A DNA stretch of 64,000 nt from Takakia lepidozioides (lineage: Eukaryota > Plantae > Bryophyta): positions 77,314,001 through 77,378,000 of the forward strand of contig CM060732.1 in NCBI GenBank assembly GCA_030704615.1. Direction: 5' to 3'. Of the stretch, positions 36,420 through 49,699 are shown one piece after another. Under the pieces are notes generated by a model. It saw only the letters and a program-made list of their open reading frames with translations. It had not been told where the DNA came from and made no database searches. A program made the translations under genes and the position numbers. The number at the start of each line of letters is the position of its first letter. The first letter of the stretch is position 1.

Positions 36420-36749
36420 GAGCATCTCTACCGGGGTCCCTAAATGCCCTTGCAACAGCAAAAGAGCCCCCGGCCCTGGTATCCGCACCTCCCGGGACCT
36501 CTACTTTCGTGCAGGATACAGGCCCTCTAGGCCCGGCCGGTACCTACTAGAGCGACTAAAAGACACGACTGCCTGCATTTATGGCGGGAGGTAAGGCGGC
36601 GTCTGTCTAGGTGGTCCCTCCGGAACAAGGCACGTCAGCCAAAAAGACATGTTCAAGGTAGTTTGATGGGGTTGCCGGGGGAGGGGAGTGTTCGAGGCCA
36701 CAAGGAGGTTACCACTGCAGTGTTGTTTGGTGTCCCAATGGAGATGCTT
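36420..36749. mobile_element. Tourist-like (PIF/Harbinger) MITE
   Basis: GAGCATCTC...GAGATGCTT TIRs, TTA TSD; removing it restores the array consensus GGACTTAGATGAC. Confidence 0.85.
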
Positions 36750-37306
36750 TTAGATGACATTGGACATTAGAGGTCGTACTTGGGCCTCTACATGGGAGAA
36801 GCACTTGGATACATAGGAGATTGCACTTGGGCCTAGATTTCAATTCTTCACACATGGGGCTCAACATAGGAGACGCACTTGGATATATAGGGGATTGCAC
36901 TTGGACTTAGATGACACTAGACACTTGGGCCAAGGGCACAGGCTACCCTAGAGGTCGTACTTGGGCCTCGACATAGGAGACGCACTAGGATACCTAGGAG
37001 ATCTTGCACTTGGGCTTAGATGACATTGGATACTTGGGCCAACGGCTACCACAATTTAGTGTGTATGTATGGTACATCTTGAAAGAATGTGTCCTAAATT
37101 TATCATTTAGATTTGTTTTCCAGCCAAATATGATTTTTTTTCTAATGACAAGTTCACAGCATTTCATCACCGACACTATTGATCACTTTAACATCATAAC
37201 TTCAGCATACTCGTGAGAAACACTCATTTGCAGGTTCCTTCTTGGTCATCTGATTACTGGAATCATCTACCTAACCTTTGCACAACCCAACTTCCAAAAC
37301 TTACAA

Positions 37307-37308
<2 letters not shown>

Positions 37309-37339
<31 letters not shown>
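37309..37339. repeat. (AG)n microsatellite
   Basis: Direct reading. Confidence 0.95.
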
Positions 37340-37342
<3 letters not shown>

Positions 37343-38479
37343 GACGGCAACTGAAGTTATTAGTGTAAATAAAAGAGCCTCTTCCCTGCAGGGGCATGGG
37401 ATGGTGAGACCAGCAGCCAAATGCCCAATACACACTGAGTAGCCGCCCCAGGCTGTCCTCACTAACCAGGCCTACACACTTTCCCCTTCCTGCAAATTCA
37501 ACTGGGAGGAAGCTTCTACCACTGATACTGATCTCTTGATGGGTTAGTGTAAGAACTGGTCAAGCTCACAAGACTTGCCGACTACATACTACTTCATCTA
37601 CACAATCTCTACGGCAAGGGAAGAGGATACAAGAAATGACTGGCTTGTACAGAGCCAAGGGAATGATGAGCAACTGTCGCATCGTGTGGTTATCCCACCC
37701 GGAAGTGAGACGAGATCAACAAAGCAAAGCAAGAGCTATGTCTACTACCAGGCTCCATTGTGCAGCCAGAGCAAGGAGCGTGCATAACATGTAGGTTGCT
37801 TTTGCTTTGCTGTGATGCTCTGCTCTTGCTTCCCACTGGACGTTTTTGTTCTCCTCCAGGCACGGGATGTCAGCACGGCCCGACGCTGAGCTTAAATGGA
37901 GAGGCGATACCCAAGGTCCAGTCTTCTCCTTGGTCTGAATGCACGGGGCGCCTATCATCCTGGAGCAGATTGACGGGCCAGGCTGTGGAGTTGAAATGCT
38001 TGTCCATTCCTTGCGGGGGATGGCTGTAACAGACTCCAGGGATGACGAACAAAGGTACAGACATGGAATTCTCTTTGAGTCTTATTAAGATTTGCAAAAC
38101 TCTCTATCACTGTGACTCGGACATGCTGGAGTGGAAATGTGAAGGGAAAGAAGGATACCCGGAAAGGTGACTGTCCACTTCCCTGTGCGCAGGGGTTTGT
38201 GGAATTTGTTCATCTTACCATATAGAGACCTTTTTGCAAAGAGGTTGCCTTCACCTCTTCAAAGCACCGTATCAAATGTGTCATCGTCGCATTTCATTAT
38301 GTACTTTGTTGTCACCTTCTCACCTGTCGCACTAGATAAGTGGAACAATTTTGGAAATTTCCCAAGCTGAAACCGAACATGAGATTTGTGGACTTACTGG
38401 TCAATGTTTCCGAATCTACAGTAATGAAGTTCCTAGATGTCTGAAGGACTGTACAGAATACCAAATCTGAGAACCTGTC

Positions 38480-39710
38480 TGCCATCCTCAAAGCTGGAAT
38501 CCCTTCTGATATCGTTCTTGAGACTGCCCTTCCTGCCATGTATGCCAGATGTGGGAACATGAAGGATCCACGCCGAGTGTTCGTCAGAATGACTGTACGA
38601 AATTTGGTCTCATGGAATGTGATGATTGGAGGATATGCCCAGGATGAATGTGGTATGGAGGCTTTATGGCTGTATGGACAGATGATATGTGAAGGGATGG
38701 TACCAAACGAGGGCACAGTCATTGGTGTTCTCCGTGCGTGTGCTGGTCTGCAAGCCCTGGAAGAGGGCAAGGAGGTCATGCAGACATCATCAAGTTTGGG
38801 AACCTTGGGTATCTGTTTGCAGACTGTCCTTGTTGACATGTATGCCAAATGTGACATAGGATGCTCACGATGCGTTTGACAAAATGGCTCAACAAGATGT
38901 GGTCTCATGGAGCGTAGTGATTGCAGGATATGCTGGGTGTGGTAGGGAGGCTTTGGAGATGTATGAACAAATGCTACAGCAAGGTTACCTTTATGTGTGT
39001 TCTAAATGCGTGTGCCAGCCTTGCATCTCTCAAACAGGTCCATGCAGACATTATCAGAGTTGGAATTGTGTCACATACTTATTTGGAGAGCACCCTTGTT
39101 TACTTCTATGCCAAATGTGGGGATAAGAGGGAAGCACATCATTCGACAATATGGGTCAAGGAAGTTTTGTGTCATGGAGCACTATGATTGCAGGATATGC
39201 TCAGCATGGGTTTGCTAGGGAGGCCCTGCAACTATTTGAACAAATGCAGCAGGACGGCTTGAAGCCGAACGACGTCACCTTAACAAGTCTTCTCTCGGCA
39301 TGCAGCCATATGGGGCTAGTTGATGAAGGCTGTCACTACTTCAAGTCCATGAGTCAAGATCATGGACAATGAAGCATCATGGTTGCATGGTGGACCTTCT
39401 TGGCCGTGCAGGACGATTGGAGGAGGCACAGGACTTCATTCAGTTGAACCAGACGCTGGGGTGTGGGAAGCTTTGCTCGTTGCCTGCAGAATGCATTGCA
39501 GTGTGGAGGTAGCAGAGCGTGTGGCAGGATGCCTTCTGAAAGTATGATCCACAAGAATGATGCAGGACGGAGGTGTTAGAAAGGATCCAGCATGCAGTCG
39601 TATGGAGGTACACAACCTTGTGCATACGTTCATTATAGAAGACAAATTACATCCACAATGAATTCTGAGCTGAAGGATTGTCTTGGCCGATGAAGGATGT
39701 TGGGTGCGTG
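38480..39710 (+). pseudogene. Heavily degenerate PLS-E(+) PPR pseudogene
   Basis: MYARCG, LVSWNVMIGGYAQ, VVSWSVVIAGYA, LLSACSHMGLVDEG, GCMVDLLGRAGRL, VWEALLVACRMH, HTFIIEDKLHP pieces in shifting frames. Confidence 0.88.
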
Positions 39711-41281
39711 CCTCATTTTTTGCAGCAAGTTGAGTCATGCATCCAACATTCAGTGCCACAACAGGGCCATTTGTGGTTATACATATATGGGTTGTCCGTT
39801 TCCTGTGGCATAGAGCAAGCAGCCACTTTATGATCCCATGAGGGTTGCATGGGCACAAGATCCAGCTGTAGTCAATAACTGCCTCTCAGGGGCCCAACTC
39901 CTTGTGGTAACTGCAGCTTTGGCATCTATTCTCTTTCAGTACCACTGGTGCTGGATGCAATCCCAGTGAACAAGCTTCTGCTGCCATTGTTCTGGAGGCT
40001 AATGACAATGAGGTACTTCAGCACCCGTTGGAAACACACGGTTTTGAGCTTGTAAAGTTTTCAAACATGCCTACTTGCGATGTTTTCAAATATCTGAATA
40101 CTTCTTCTAGTAATGTCACTGTCAAACTAGCTTTGAATGATAAAAATTCTGTCTGTACACTGCTTGGACCTGACATTTGTTTGGGAGTGGCTGTGGTTTC
40201 CCCTGGAGCTTGTCTGACATGGTTTCCCATCTTGATTGTTGTCAGCCTGCTGGAAGGAACTTATTGTGGAAATTGTGGATATGTGCAGATCTTTTGGCAA
40301 TGTCTTCACACCCACAGATAACACCCTTGAGTGGGTTTTAGCATCAGCGTCATTTAGTATGAAAACATGCTCATACTTGGGTCTATCTGAGGCTATCTTT
40401 GACATCCGATTGCTTGGACTCACAGCAAGGGAAAAGGTAGTACATGTTTGGCTTGAAACATCAGGTAGTGTGTCCCGAGTCATATAATAAGTTTGGATTT
40501 GCATCATATGGTTGATGTGACAGTCTATTGGTGGAGGGATGTATCTTTCAACAATCTGAGTGGCCATGTTCCTTCTATTGCATGCCAAGATTATGTGAGC
40601 TCTAACTGGTTCTTGTGAATCGGACCATCGCAGGAGGCAGCAGCTCTACCAGGCAAGGGCGGCCTGCTCTGCTCCCGTCTTTCCGACACACATTACCAAT
40701 GGAATGATACCATCCCCGCGCAATGGGAAGTCCCCTGGTGGTGGAGAGGAGGGGGATTTCAATTGGCGACATAGCTGCGAGGACTCTTTGGAGGAGAAGC
40801 TATATGACGAACTTGAGGCAACAAACTCAAGATGCAGCTCAAGTAATAGATTTAGGACTCATTGATCTGCTTCTGCTGTCTCTAGCTCCTTGTCAGTATA
40901 TGTTGCTGGAGAACTTCCTCTGCTACATAGTCCCCCTTTTTCTCTGTTTCCACCTAGTCCTCCTTCTTAGGCCTTAATCACTGTCTGATGCTCCTCAGTC
41001 TCTTCTATGCAACTTTTCTGGGTCTCGGGGTAGTTTCCCCTGTAAGCCTCCATTTTCCACCCCATGCAATATATTTTTCAGGGCCTCCGCTCCCTTTACT
41101 TTTTTTTTAAGAGAAACCAAAAAAACCAAAAAAGCAAAACCAAATCAGTTATGGCTACAGTATTTAACTAGCTATTGGAGACATTGATATGTCATCATCT
41201 TCAATTTCAAATCAAATCAAAATCTGAAAATGTGAGAGAACAGCGCTCAAATCAAACGAATAAGCAATACTGATGTTAGTC

Positions 41282-44200
41282 TCAACAAGTTTGCAGCCCA
41301 GTCTGGGTTGTGCATAGTGGTAGCCCCTGGGCTGCACGACTAGTGATACCTAGCTCACAACAGAGGGTGTTCATGCCAGGTTCTTCCAATAAACTAAGCC
41401 CGCAGATGGAGTAGTATGCATGCAAAAGATCTGGCAACTCCTTTGGATACTTGCTGAAGCCACCATACTGCAAGCAAGGGTGCAAGATCAGAATATTGTT
41501 GATTCGCTGGAATCATTTTTCAAGAATTGAGGGTGGTGGTGATCAAAATCATAAAAACCCTTGTGTTTGCAGCTCTTATGATAGCCCTAGGATCAGGCAT
41601 ATGAGGGGTACCTACTGGCTTTTGGAAAGCCTTACACACTGGAAAATGCAAGGAAGCAAGGACGGAGGTCTGATGGTCACGGGAAAACGCCTCGAGAGGG
41701 TCCAGAGTTCACCTTGCTCTGGCAAGTCAACAAAAATGAGCGTGCTGCTACCTTATCACATAAATGGTATGCTCCGAGCATCTGCAGAGAGCCACCCAAC
41801 CTGTGTGCAGATTTCAGATTAGGCCATTTCATACCCTCAGTACTTTGAGGGATGCTCCTGAGAATATGTAAGATTAGGCCAACAGTCCCAGTCGATTAAG
41901 TAACTAAGCATCCAGGTTGAGTCAATAAGATGTGCAAAGAAAAACTTGCAAGAAAGTACACCTGTATTTCAATTGGCGTACATAATGTTAGAGAAAGAAG
42001 GATTTGTATGTGGAACAGTACAATCCCTGAGCGCTTACCTATCATCTGGAGAAAAAAATATGTTACTCATAATTGCGTTACATCTGGATTTTGTGCGGAT
42101 ATAAGCCTGGTGGTAGTATATTGTACATTTGCACTTCCGGGGAAAATTTTCTAGTTCACATGGGGCGTGTTATTATGTTACTGTTGCACCCTGCAAGTTT
42201 TCACTTTAGTGAGTTGCAAAAAATCCTGGCCGTGTCCCCTGAGCTACAACAAGGCTGTGTGAGTTCCAGAATCAAGCACAGCCAGCTGCAAAGCCACACA
42301 CTCAAAATGGTGGTAGCAGTTACCAGAATGCGTAGCAAGCATCGGCATCCTTGTTGGATCTTCCTTGGAATCCTCCACTCTCAGCTTGTCTCTGCCTCAC
42401 ACATCCCAAGAGTGCACTTGACATCATACGTATCTAACCAGTGATCTCAACTTCCACTAACACGTATACCACTGAGCTGCTAGTTTCACTCCTGCCTTGC
42501 TTCAAATATCATCACACACATGCTAAGATTTTTTTAAGGGGGAATGGGAGCTGGGATATTCTTCAATGCTGGAATGTGCGCTTGCTTCGGTGTAAGATAA
42601 ACAGCTGGATACATTTATTCCTGTTCTCTCAAGCAACAGCAACCATTTCTCCCAACTACTATGTTTGTTGGGAAACCATTATGTAGTATCAACCCATGAG
42701 GTCATCAGCAGGTAGGGCCATATTTTTCATTACTAAGTTGTGTGTTGACTGACCCACCCGCAAACACCAGCCTATCAAGGCCGTCCAGTCAAGGATGGAA
42801 GCACTGAGTTTATCGACTCCTATTGCATCAGAGGTAATATGTCTCATAAGCTTCAAGGTTGCCACAGCACAGTAAGTTCCCCCTCCTGCAAAGAGAAAGG
42901 TTCGAAGAAGAACAGTTAATATACAGGTCCCCGAGTGGCAAGTGTCTCTCTGAAGTGCAAAAGAAAATGTAACAAATACGACCACAGGCATTCCCTCTGA
43001 CTCAGGTCCACGCTCCCAAAAAACACCTATCAGAAAGCAGTTCATTTTTCATATTCCAGATTTTTGTTCATGCAGACATAGCTGAAAGAATAAAGAAGTT
43101 TACAGGCAAAATCCCATAAATTCAAAATATACCTCCGGGGTATATCTAGAAACACAAAAGTAATAAGGGGCGGATCTTAACTATGATGAGGAGTAATAGA
43201 GAGACAGAGAGAGATAAAACACTAACTAAATAAGTCCCCATGTAGGTATTGCCCCTTGCGTGGGTTGGCTCCATCAGGTGAGGAGTATAAATGAAAGGAG
43301 CACTACCCTTTGCAGACAACATAAACATCAGATTTTCTTCTTTAATTTTTGTGCGAACAAATACAGATGTTGTATATGCATATGCCTTATGGTAAAGCAT
43401 ATGATGTTGGAGCTCACCATGGGGTTCCAGACCTGGAGACAAGCCAAAGCCCTCATCATAAGACTGCACACACACAGCCAGTGATATCATTGGTAGTCAT
43501 GTCCTTCAAGTTTTGTGACTGATTGCATTTTTCCAGGACTCAAACGTATTTAATATTTTCTCTGAGAGTACTTGCGACAGCACTACTTTTAAAGGAGATT
43601 ACTAAGACATGACAAAGTGAAAATTACAGTGCCGGACCCTCTAATCCCAAGATCTCACATAAAATAGTACTTTTAGAGCATGACTGCCCTCCCAGCAAAC
43701 AACCCTAAGGGAATAAGAGAAAACAGGCATTCTGAGCACCTCAAGTTGTCATGAGGAACGCAACCTGGCTATTGAGAATGTAAGTAAGAGCTTTTCCCAG
43801 ATCGATGCCTCTCCAGTCATCCAACATCGCACATATGGCGGCTGCCACCTCATCCCCCACAAGAGAAACTCAAAGACAACCCAGAGCAACATGCACAAAT
43901 CCAGGCTCATCTCAGATGAGACTCCTGGGACTTGCAATTTCATATCAGCAATTGGCTGGAATCCATGCATTTATGTAACTATTTTTTTCATTCCTCACAG
44001 CTATCACCAGAGACTCAATTAACTCAACACTGACAAAAATGAAAAATGTTTACCTGCGCAAAAAGTGAAGCGCAAGTCTGTTTCAGCTCCAAGGTGCACT
44101 GGACAAAAGCTGATCAGCCACGAATCAGCTGGTTGTCAGTAGAGCACCATGTATGCCATCGTGCTAAAAAATAATAACTGTATACTAATCCGTCAACTTT

Positions 44201-45982
44201 AGCAAAAACCACAGGTTCTTGAATCTGGTTCCTGAAGACATCATTGTTATCCACCATCTACTGTAAAGGAATCCTCACGCATGTGAGATGTGGTGTGGAG
44301 TACCAGTCAAACAGACATCTCTAAAAGTAAGGCCACAACTCCCCACATGGCTAGAAAGTAACAAGGCCCCAAGCTCAGAGAGGCATCTATTACAGCAAGG
44401 TGTTCACCTGGCTCAATTTACAGGAAAACTGTGAAGGCCCTAGGTATAATAGTCTAAGGTGTGTTGTTTCACTGCCAGCAACCTATAAGTCTGACAAGAA
44501 TACAAAAAGACTTTCCTCTGATGATTTTTTGGACCAACCTGCCATCAGGCTGCTGCAGAGCACACATAGAGCTCACGACTGCCCTACGCGCCACACGTGA
44601 GAAATCATCGCCCAGAATCCTGAGAATCGCCAGTGCTGAATAAGTTGCTGCCATGTGGCCCCCATCATGCTGTACAGGGAAAGCCTGCCACACACGCACA
44701 GTACAGAATTTATCTCACAGACTCATCTCTCTCGTCCCTTTCTCTCCTCTACCCGCCCCCCCCACCCCAATCACAAAAGACACATGGAAGACCCAGTTGC
44801 TAGAGACTAAAGGCTCTGGCCCATGAATGCCAATCATGCAGGAGCATACCCTGTGTTTCAGGACAGGGGGAAAAGAAAAGGCATAGGATAAACCATAAAT
44901 CGGGTACAAAGACCAGAGAATGTCCCATCTACCAGAAAAGGTGAGAATCATACCCCGTCTGAACTGAATGGCAGGCCAATTGATGGGGAGCCTCGAAAGC
45001 CATACAACGGCCCTTCCATTCCTCCATTAAAACAAAGTATGGAATTAGTGAACATTGCCATGTTGCAAAAGTTGAAGATCCTTGGAATAACACTGCCACA
45101 AAAATTAGCTAAAGGTGGTTCCTGGTAGATCGGAAAATACCATGTTCAAGAGTAGAGCTTTTGATGTCAGCCCCAGTCAAAGGAAGGACCTGGAGTCCAT
45201 ATACCCAGTCAATGATATCCCTTGCCACCACCTACAGTTGAAAAATCACTCGTTGAGAAGTACAAAAGCCCTAATCAAGGAGCTGTTATGTGACATACAT
45301 GATGCAGAAAAATGGCGATACTTGGCAGAAGGAGATTAGGGCACCTGACGATTGTATCACCTCTACACTGGTGCTCACCACACACTCTCTACTCAAAAGA
45401 ACCGAAGGGAATCATCAATTGGATTAAGGAAACCGTACAAACCTATGTTTTTGCCACATAGATTGGCAAGCCACATTCCTTATCAACAGTTGGATACAAT
45501 ACTTCGTAATAACTTTCACCCCACAAATGGCAATTTTATCCTTAGCTGGGTGAGTTGTACACTAAAACCCAGAATACCGGAAGTGCTCTGCCGAACCTTG
45601 AGGCACCAGTTGTCAATTGCAGAGGAGGTGCCAGACGTGACGACATGTGAAGGGTTTCATAAAAAGAATTCAGACACTTCTATGATAGTAAAAAGGATAC
45701 TCGGATAAAAGCTCAAATTCTTCCTTAAAGCACAAAATGTGGGTGCATCAAACCCTAAACTTCGAAGATTATACTCTGTCACAAAAATGGAAAAGGAAAA
45801 CAGACAAACAAGCAGCCTGCCTGGTGTAGAGCGTTGAGAATATCGAGAGCAGAGATGGCAAAATAAGCCAAAGTCAGGCGATTGTTCTCTTGTCTCTCAT
45901 AAGCCGAAGGAAGCACATCCAGCATGGCCAGAAAGTAACGAACGTGTCTTTCTCTTGAAAATTCGGAGGGCACCATCGCCAT
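41282..45982 (-). CDS. GGB: Geranylgeranyltransferase type-I beta subunit, ~11 exons
   Basis: Exons: FSRERHVRYF..NRLTLAYFAISALDIL, IIDWVYGLQ, YGFRGS, GHMAATYSALAIL..LQQPDGS, FCP..ETDLRFTFCAA, QSYDEGFGLSPGLEPHG, GTYCAVATL, RQAESGGFQGRSNKDADACYAFW, LGGSL..FLLTCQSK, YGGFSKYP..PDLLHAYYSICGLSL. Confidence 0.93.
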
Positions 45983-47487
45983 CGCCCTTTGCGACCCACC
46001 AACACTCCGGACACAGAGGAGGAGTGATTCCACAAAGAGAGCCTGGCCGAAATAAACTTTGAAACGCTCCGCTTGACTGGAGAATGAAGAGCAACTAGAA
46101 GCGACGAGGAGAAAGATGCTCAGAAAACCACGTAGGTACGATGTCCTGATTTGGAAGACAAAAATACCTACGTAGGTACCATATATCGTATTTTTTCATT
46201 ATCCAGTAAGCAGAGCATATTCCCATTGTCGCTCGGTGGAGTCTTGGTTGCAGAGCCAGATAAGTAGCAAGTGAGATGGGAATCCATCAGTGATTGCACT
46301 TGGTTGGATAACTGCTTTCAAATCGATCATTGATGTATAGTAGCTGGAACATAGTGGAAGAGACCATGGCTTCCTTCGTACTGACATTTTCACAGATATC
46401 GAATATGAACTCTCAGAGTTTCAATAAATGTGACTGACTTCGTTGTTCCTTTCTCCAGACACGTTTAGAAAGTACAAGGAGAAACGACTCGCTGAACCGT
46501 CCTGGATTTTGCAAAAGGTGATCTTGTTGCAGCCTCTACCTTGTCAGTGTGAATATCCTCTGTTGTGTGACGTGATGCACATTGATTTAGGACATGCATA
46601 TTAGGAAATAATAGCAACAACCTTTTGATGAGCATTTGACATTCTTATCTTCCACCTTCTGGCTACCAGGAGAGACATGCTGTTGAGCTATGGCCAGCTG
46701 GGTTATTCTTTCTTCCATCTTGCAGGTGTAGGGTGCTGATGTCGTTGCAGGTTGCCATGTGCACCTGCGATTCATCAGGTAAGAAAGTGTAGATCTTTCA
46801 TGTGAGGAGCAATTGGTTCCTACAAAAGATTGAATTGGAGCCAACTTTTCTTTATGGCCCCAAACACTAGGGCGGTTTTGGCAGTCCGAGTTACAGGCCA
46901 AGGTTTTGGGTCAAGAAAAGAAACGGATGAACATCGCATGTCAAAATTCTGCAGTAGTGAGGTAAAGTGTAAACTCCAATCAGTTGTGAATTGAGAAATG
47001 GATAAACAAAGCACGTCAAAATTCTGCAGCAATGAAGTGTAAACAAACAATTGTTGTGAATTACAGTTGCGCACCAAAAATCTCATAACATGGGAAATTG
47101 TAGGGGGTTTTGGAAACAAATTCCTCAGAACTCAGCCCTTTGATCTGTTTTACTTTGATGTACACAGGAGTGCAATATGCACGCCTTCTACAAAAAATTT
47201 ACTATCTGTTATGAAGAACTAACACTGAGACTGTAACATAGATTGGTAAACATATTTACAAATTTAAATAGGGTCAGCTGCTTTGTGATCACCAGCAGTC
47301 AAGAATGATCCTAGAATGAATCAGGTCAATGTACGCAACGAGTTCTTAAAGCTTGAGTCTCAAGCTTCAGAATCCGTGTATGTGGTACTGTACGCTAGTT
47401 ATGATCTATGATCGTCTTCTCTTTCTCAGCAGAGAGACTAAACACCTCACACTAAGAATTCCTTAGTGAAATTCCAGACCACTTGCC

Positions 47488-47934
47488 TCAACTACTTGGA
47501 ACGATATACTCCATGAATCTTGAGTTGTCGAAATCTGCATGCTTGTACACACTTATGGAGCTCCTCTCTGTAACATTATTTGAGCATCCAACTCCATCTC
47601 TCCAATCGTAAAAGACCATTTCTGGATCGTAGATTGTCTTACCACGCTCCTCAACTTTGGTTTTCCCCTTTCCGCTCCCAAGTTTTTGCTTTTTGCGGGA
47701 ATACATCTCTTCCACTTCTCTTGATCCGTCATTGAGCACTATGGTTCCCACTGCTTTGGATCTTTTTGCTTCTTCTCTCGTTTTTCGCTTAAGTGCCGGC
47801 TCCTTGGATCTCATCGTTACCATCGTAGCCGGCTTCTTCAATATGGGAATCTCAACTAGACTCTTCATCCGTCTCGCCTTCCTTGCTTTCACGGTGGACA
47901 CTGGAACCACTGATTTCAGCACTGGGGAAGGCAT
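47488..47934 (-). CDS. Orphan Lys/Arg-rich ORF (148 aa), unknown function
   Basis: Open frame with NLS-like clusters (KRKTR, RKKQK); no recognised domain; possible acceptor at ~47990. Confidence 0.3.
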   Translation of the reverse strand: MPSPVLKSVVPVSTVKARKARRMKSLVEIPILKKPATMVTMRSKEPALKRKTREEAKRSKAVGTIVLNDGSREVEEMYSRKKQKLGSGKGKTKVEERGKTIYDPEMVFYDWRDGVGCSNNVTERSSISVYKHADFDNSRFMEYIVPSS

Positions 47935-48571
47935 ATTACGTTCTATACACTCTCCCTCTGTACGTCCGTAATCTTCCGCCGGAAGGTGCCTGCAATCGAA
48001 CAGCCTACTTGTCTTTGGTGCTTGAAGTCGAGAACGGGGCCTCCCTCACTGAGAGTACGCGAAAACTAGAGACAAGCTTAATGTTTAGAACTCCAGAGTG
48101 CATCTTGTAGGTCTATACCAACCCGAAAGTTTTCCTTGTTTAGAAAAAGTCTCTGAAAAGTGTCAAGTATGCCTGAATTAGCAAAAGTTTCATCAGATGT
48201 CTGAAAAGGGAATGACTAACAAGTAGGTCGCAGGGTAGTAGGATGGTACGTTTGTGGGATTAGCTCAGACTCTGCCTTGCGGGCTTCTGGCTTGCTGTTC
48301 AGTATGATGAGCCATTCGCCAAACATGATGGCCCGTACGTGTCTCTCCTTCTTTCTCCCCTCCTCAACCCCTTTGACACAGTTCCATCATCACGTATATA
48401 TATTTGTGTGACTTCCTTCCACTGAGAAGCAATCTCCTTTCTACACTGAAGTTGAAGCATTTGAGAGCTTGCAATCTTGAGAAGTGAAGGGATTCTAAGA
48501 GAAGAGGTTTTGGGCGTGCTCTGGGCGTGCCGTAAGAAAGCAGCGAGCTTGTTGGGACCAGGCCGAGCGAA

Positions 48572-49370
48572 ATGTCGCACCGGTACCTCCAAGGACGATA
48601 CGAAGAAATACCCGGTTACGTCAATGGAGTTCCTCCTCCTGAATCGGGTGCTTACGGCTATGGAACTGCTCCGCTTGCTTATGGCTATGGCCAAGAGTTT
48701 TCCTTTGGCTATAACCAGGTTGTTCCCCACGGAGGTCAATCTTCCAATGGCTATGGTGCTTATGGGGCCAATGAGATCTCACCCTGCCGCCCTTTACGAA
48801 GAGGAGCAGAAGCACAAGAAGCAAGAACACATGGTTGGGACGGGAGTAGCAGCTGCCGGAGCCTTCGCGCTGGTCAGATCTCTCATTCCTTCAGTTTTGC
48901 ACAGACCATTAAACTGTTCCTGCAGAGTTCTGATGCTGAGTTGGTACTGAAGGTTGATCAATTCTGGATTACGTAGACTTGTGAGCATGAATGGAAACTA
49001 TGTTGCCTAGAATCATGATTTGAGTATCACTTTCATGAGCAAACATGTCAGTAACCAGCTAGACTAGTCTTTCGTTGTGGCCAAGAAAATCCTTGCGAGC
49101 TACTAACAGAATTATGTACGGTGTGTGGATTGTTACCCACGAACAGTATGAACATCATGAGGAAAAGATGGATCCAGCGCTCACAGACACCATTTTCAGG
49201 CGAGGTTGCAGAGGGCTGCTGCTATTGGCCGGCTTGGAGGATATAGCGGTAAGTACCGTTCTCCATGAGCTTCACGAGGTGAATAAATACCACAAAGCCC
49301 AGCAACAAAACACTGAGGGAGGCCATCATCATGGGCATGACCACAAACAGTGGTTCGACCATGCAAGACA
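48572..49370 (+). pseudogene. ASR / ABA-WDS family gene, frameshifted
   Basis: G/Y/P-rich N-terminus, then YEEEQKHKKQEHMVGTGVAAAGAFAL|intron 48873-49146|YEHHEEKMDP..AHRH..EVAEAAAIG..LHELHE and a His-rich tail; frameshifts at ~48785 and ~49180-49250. Confidence 0.8.
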
Positions 49371-49699
49371 AATGTTTGTAAGGGGAGAAGATGGCGGCGT
49401 GTTGAAGAAGATCAGATTGTTTTGGATTTGAGTTGTAGAGCTGAAAAGCGATTTCACCCATGATGATTTTCCATCTTCAAGCAGAAGTGAGGTTCAGAGC
49501 ATCCTGATCATTACCAACTTGATTCGGGATCTGTATAGTGCACGTGTACGAACATGAATATCTATATTAAAAGACACGAAAGAGGCGTCCCTGAGCCGTG
49601 CTGATCAGCCCAAAAGCAATTGCCAGCCTCCCACCTCATTGTAATTACTTTTGCTCCTCCTCCATACCATGCTTGTGCAATGTAAAAGGGGTGGCAGGC

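Larger units (their letters stand above)
31250..37050 (+). mobile_element. Tandem array of non-autonomous Helitron-like elements with internal minisatellite
   Basis: Three copies of a ~330-400 bp core starting TCAA(A)TATATGAAG(C/T)GAGACG at 31387, 32120, 36012; CTAG|TC head-to-tail junctions at 32119/32120 and 36011/36012; about a dozen imperfect hairpin + CTACCCTAG termini; CACTTGG-based subrepeats. Confidence 0.72.

Noticed and set aside
31250-37050. CRISPR-like repeat/spacer appearance
   Set aside because: Eukaryotic context, degenerate repeats, the intervening sequences are themselves repeats, and there are no cas genes.
37700-38470. Possible LRR-like gene relic
   Set aside because: Only vague Leu/Cys spacing; no consistent motif can be supported by eye.
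39900-40600. S/T-rich minus-strand ORFs (153 and 70 aa)
   Set aside because: No recognisable domain or splice structure; left unassigned.
46930-47060. ~75 bp two-copy tandem duplication (also 16-bp duplication at 23744-23775)
   Set aside because: Ordinary slippage duplications with no sign of function.
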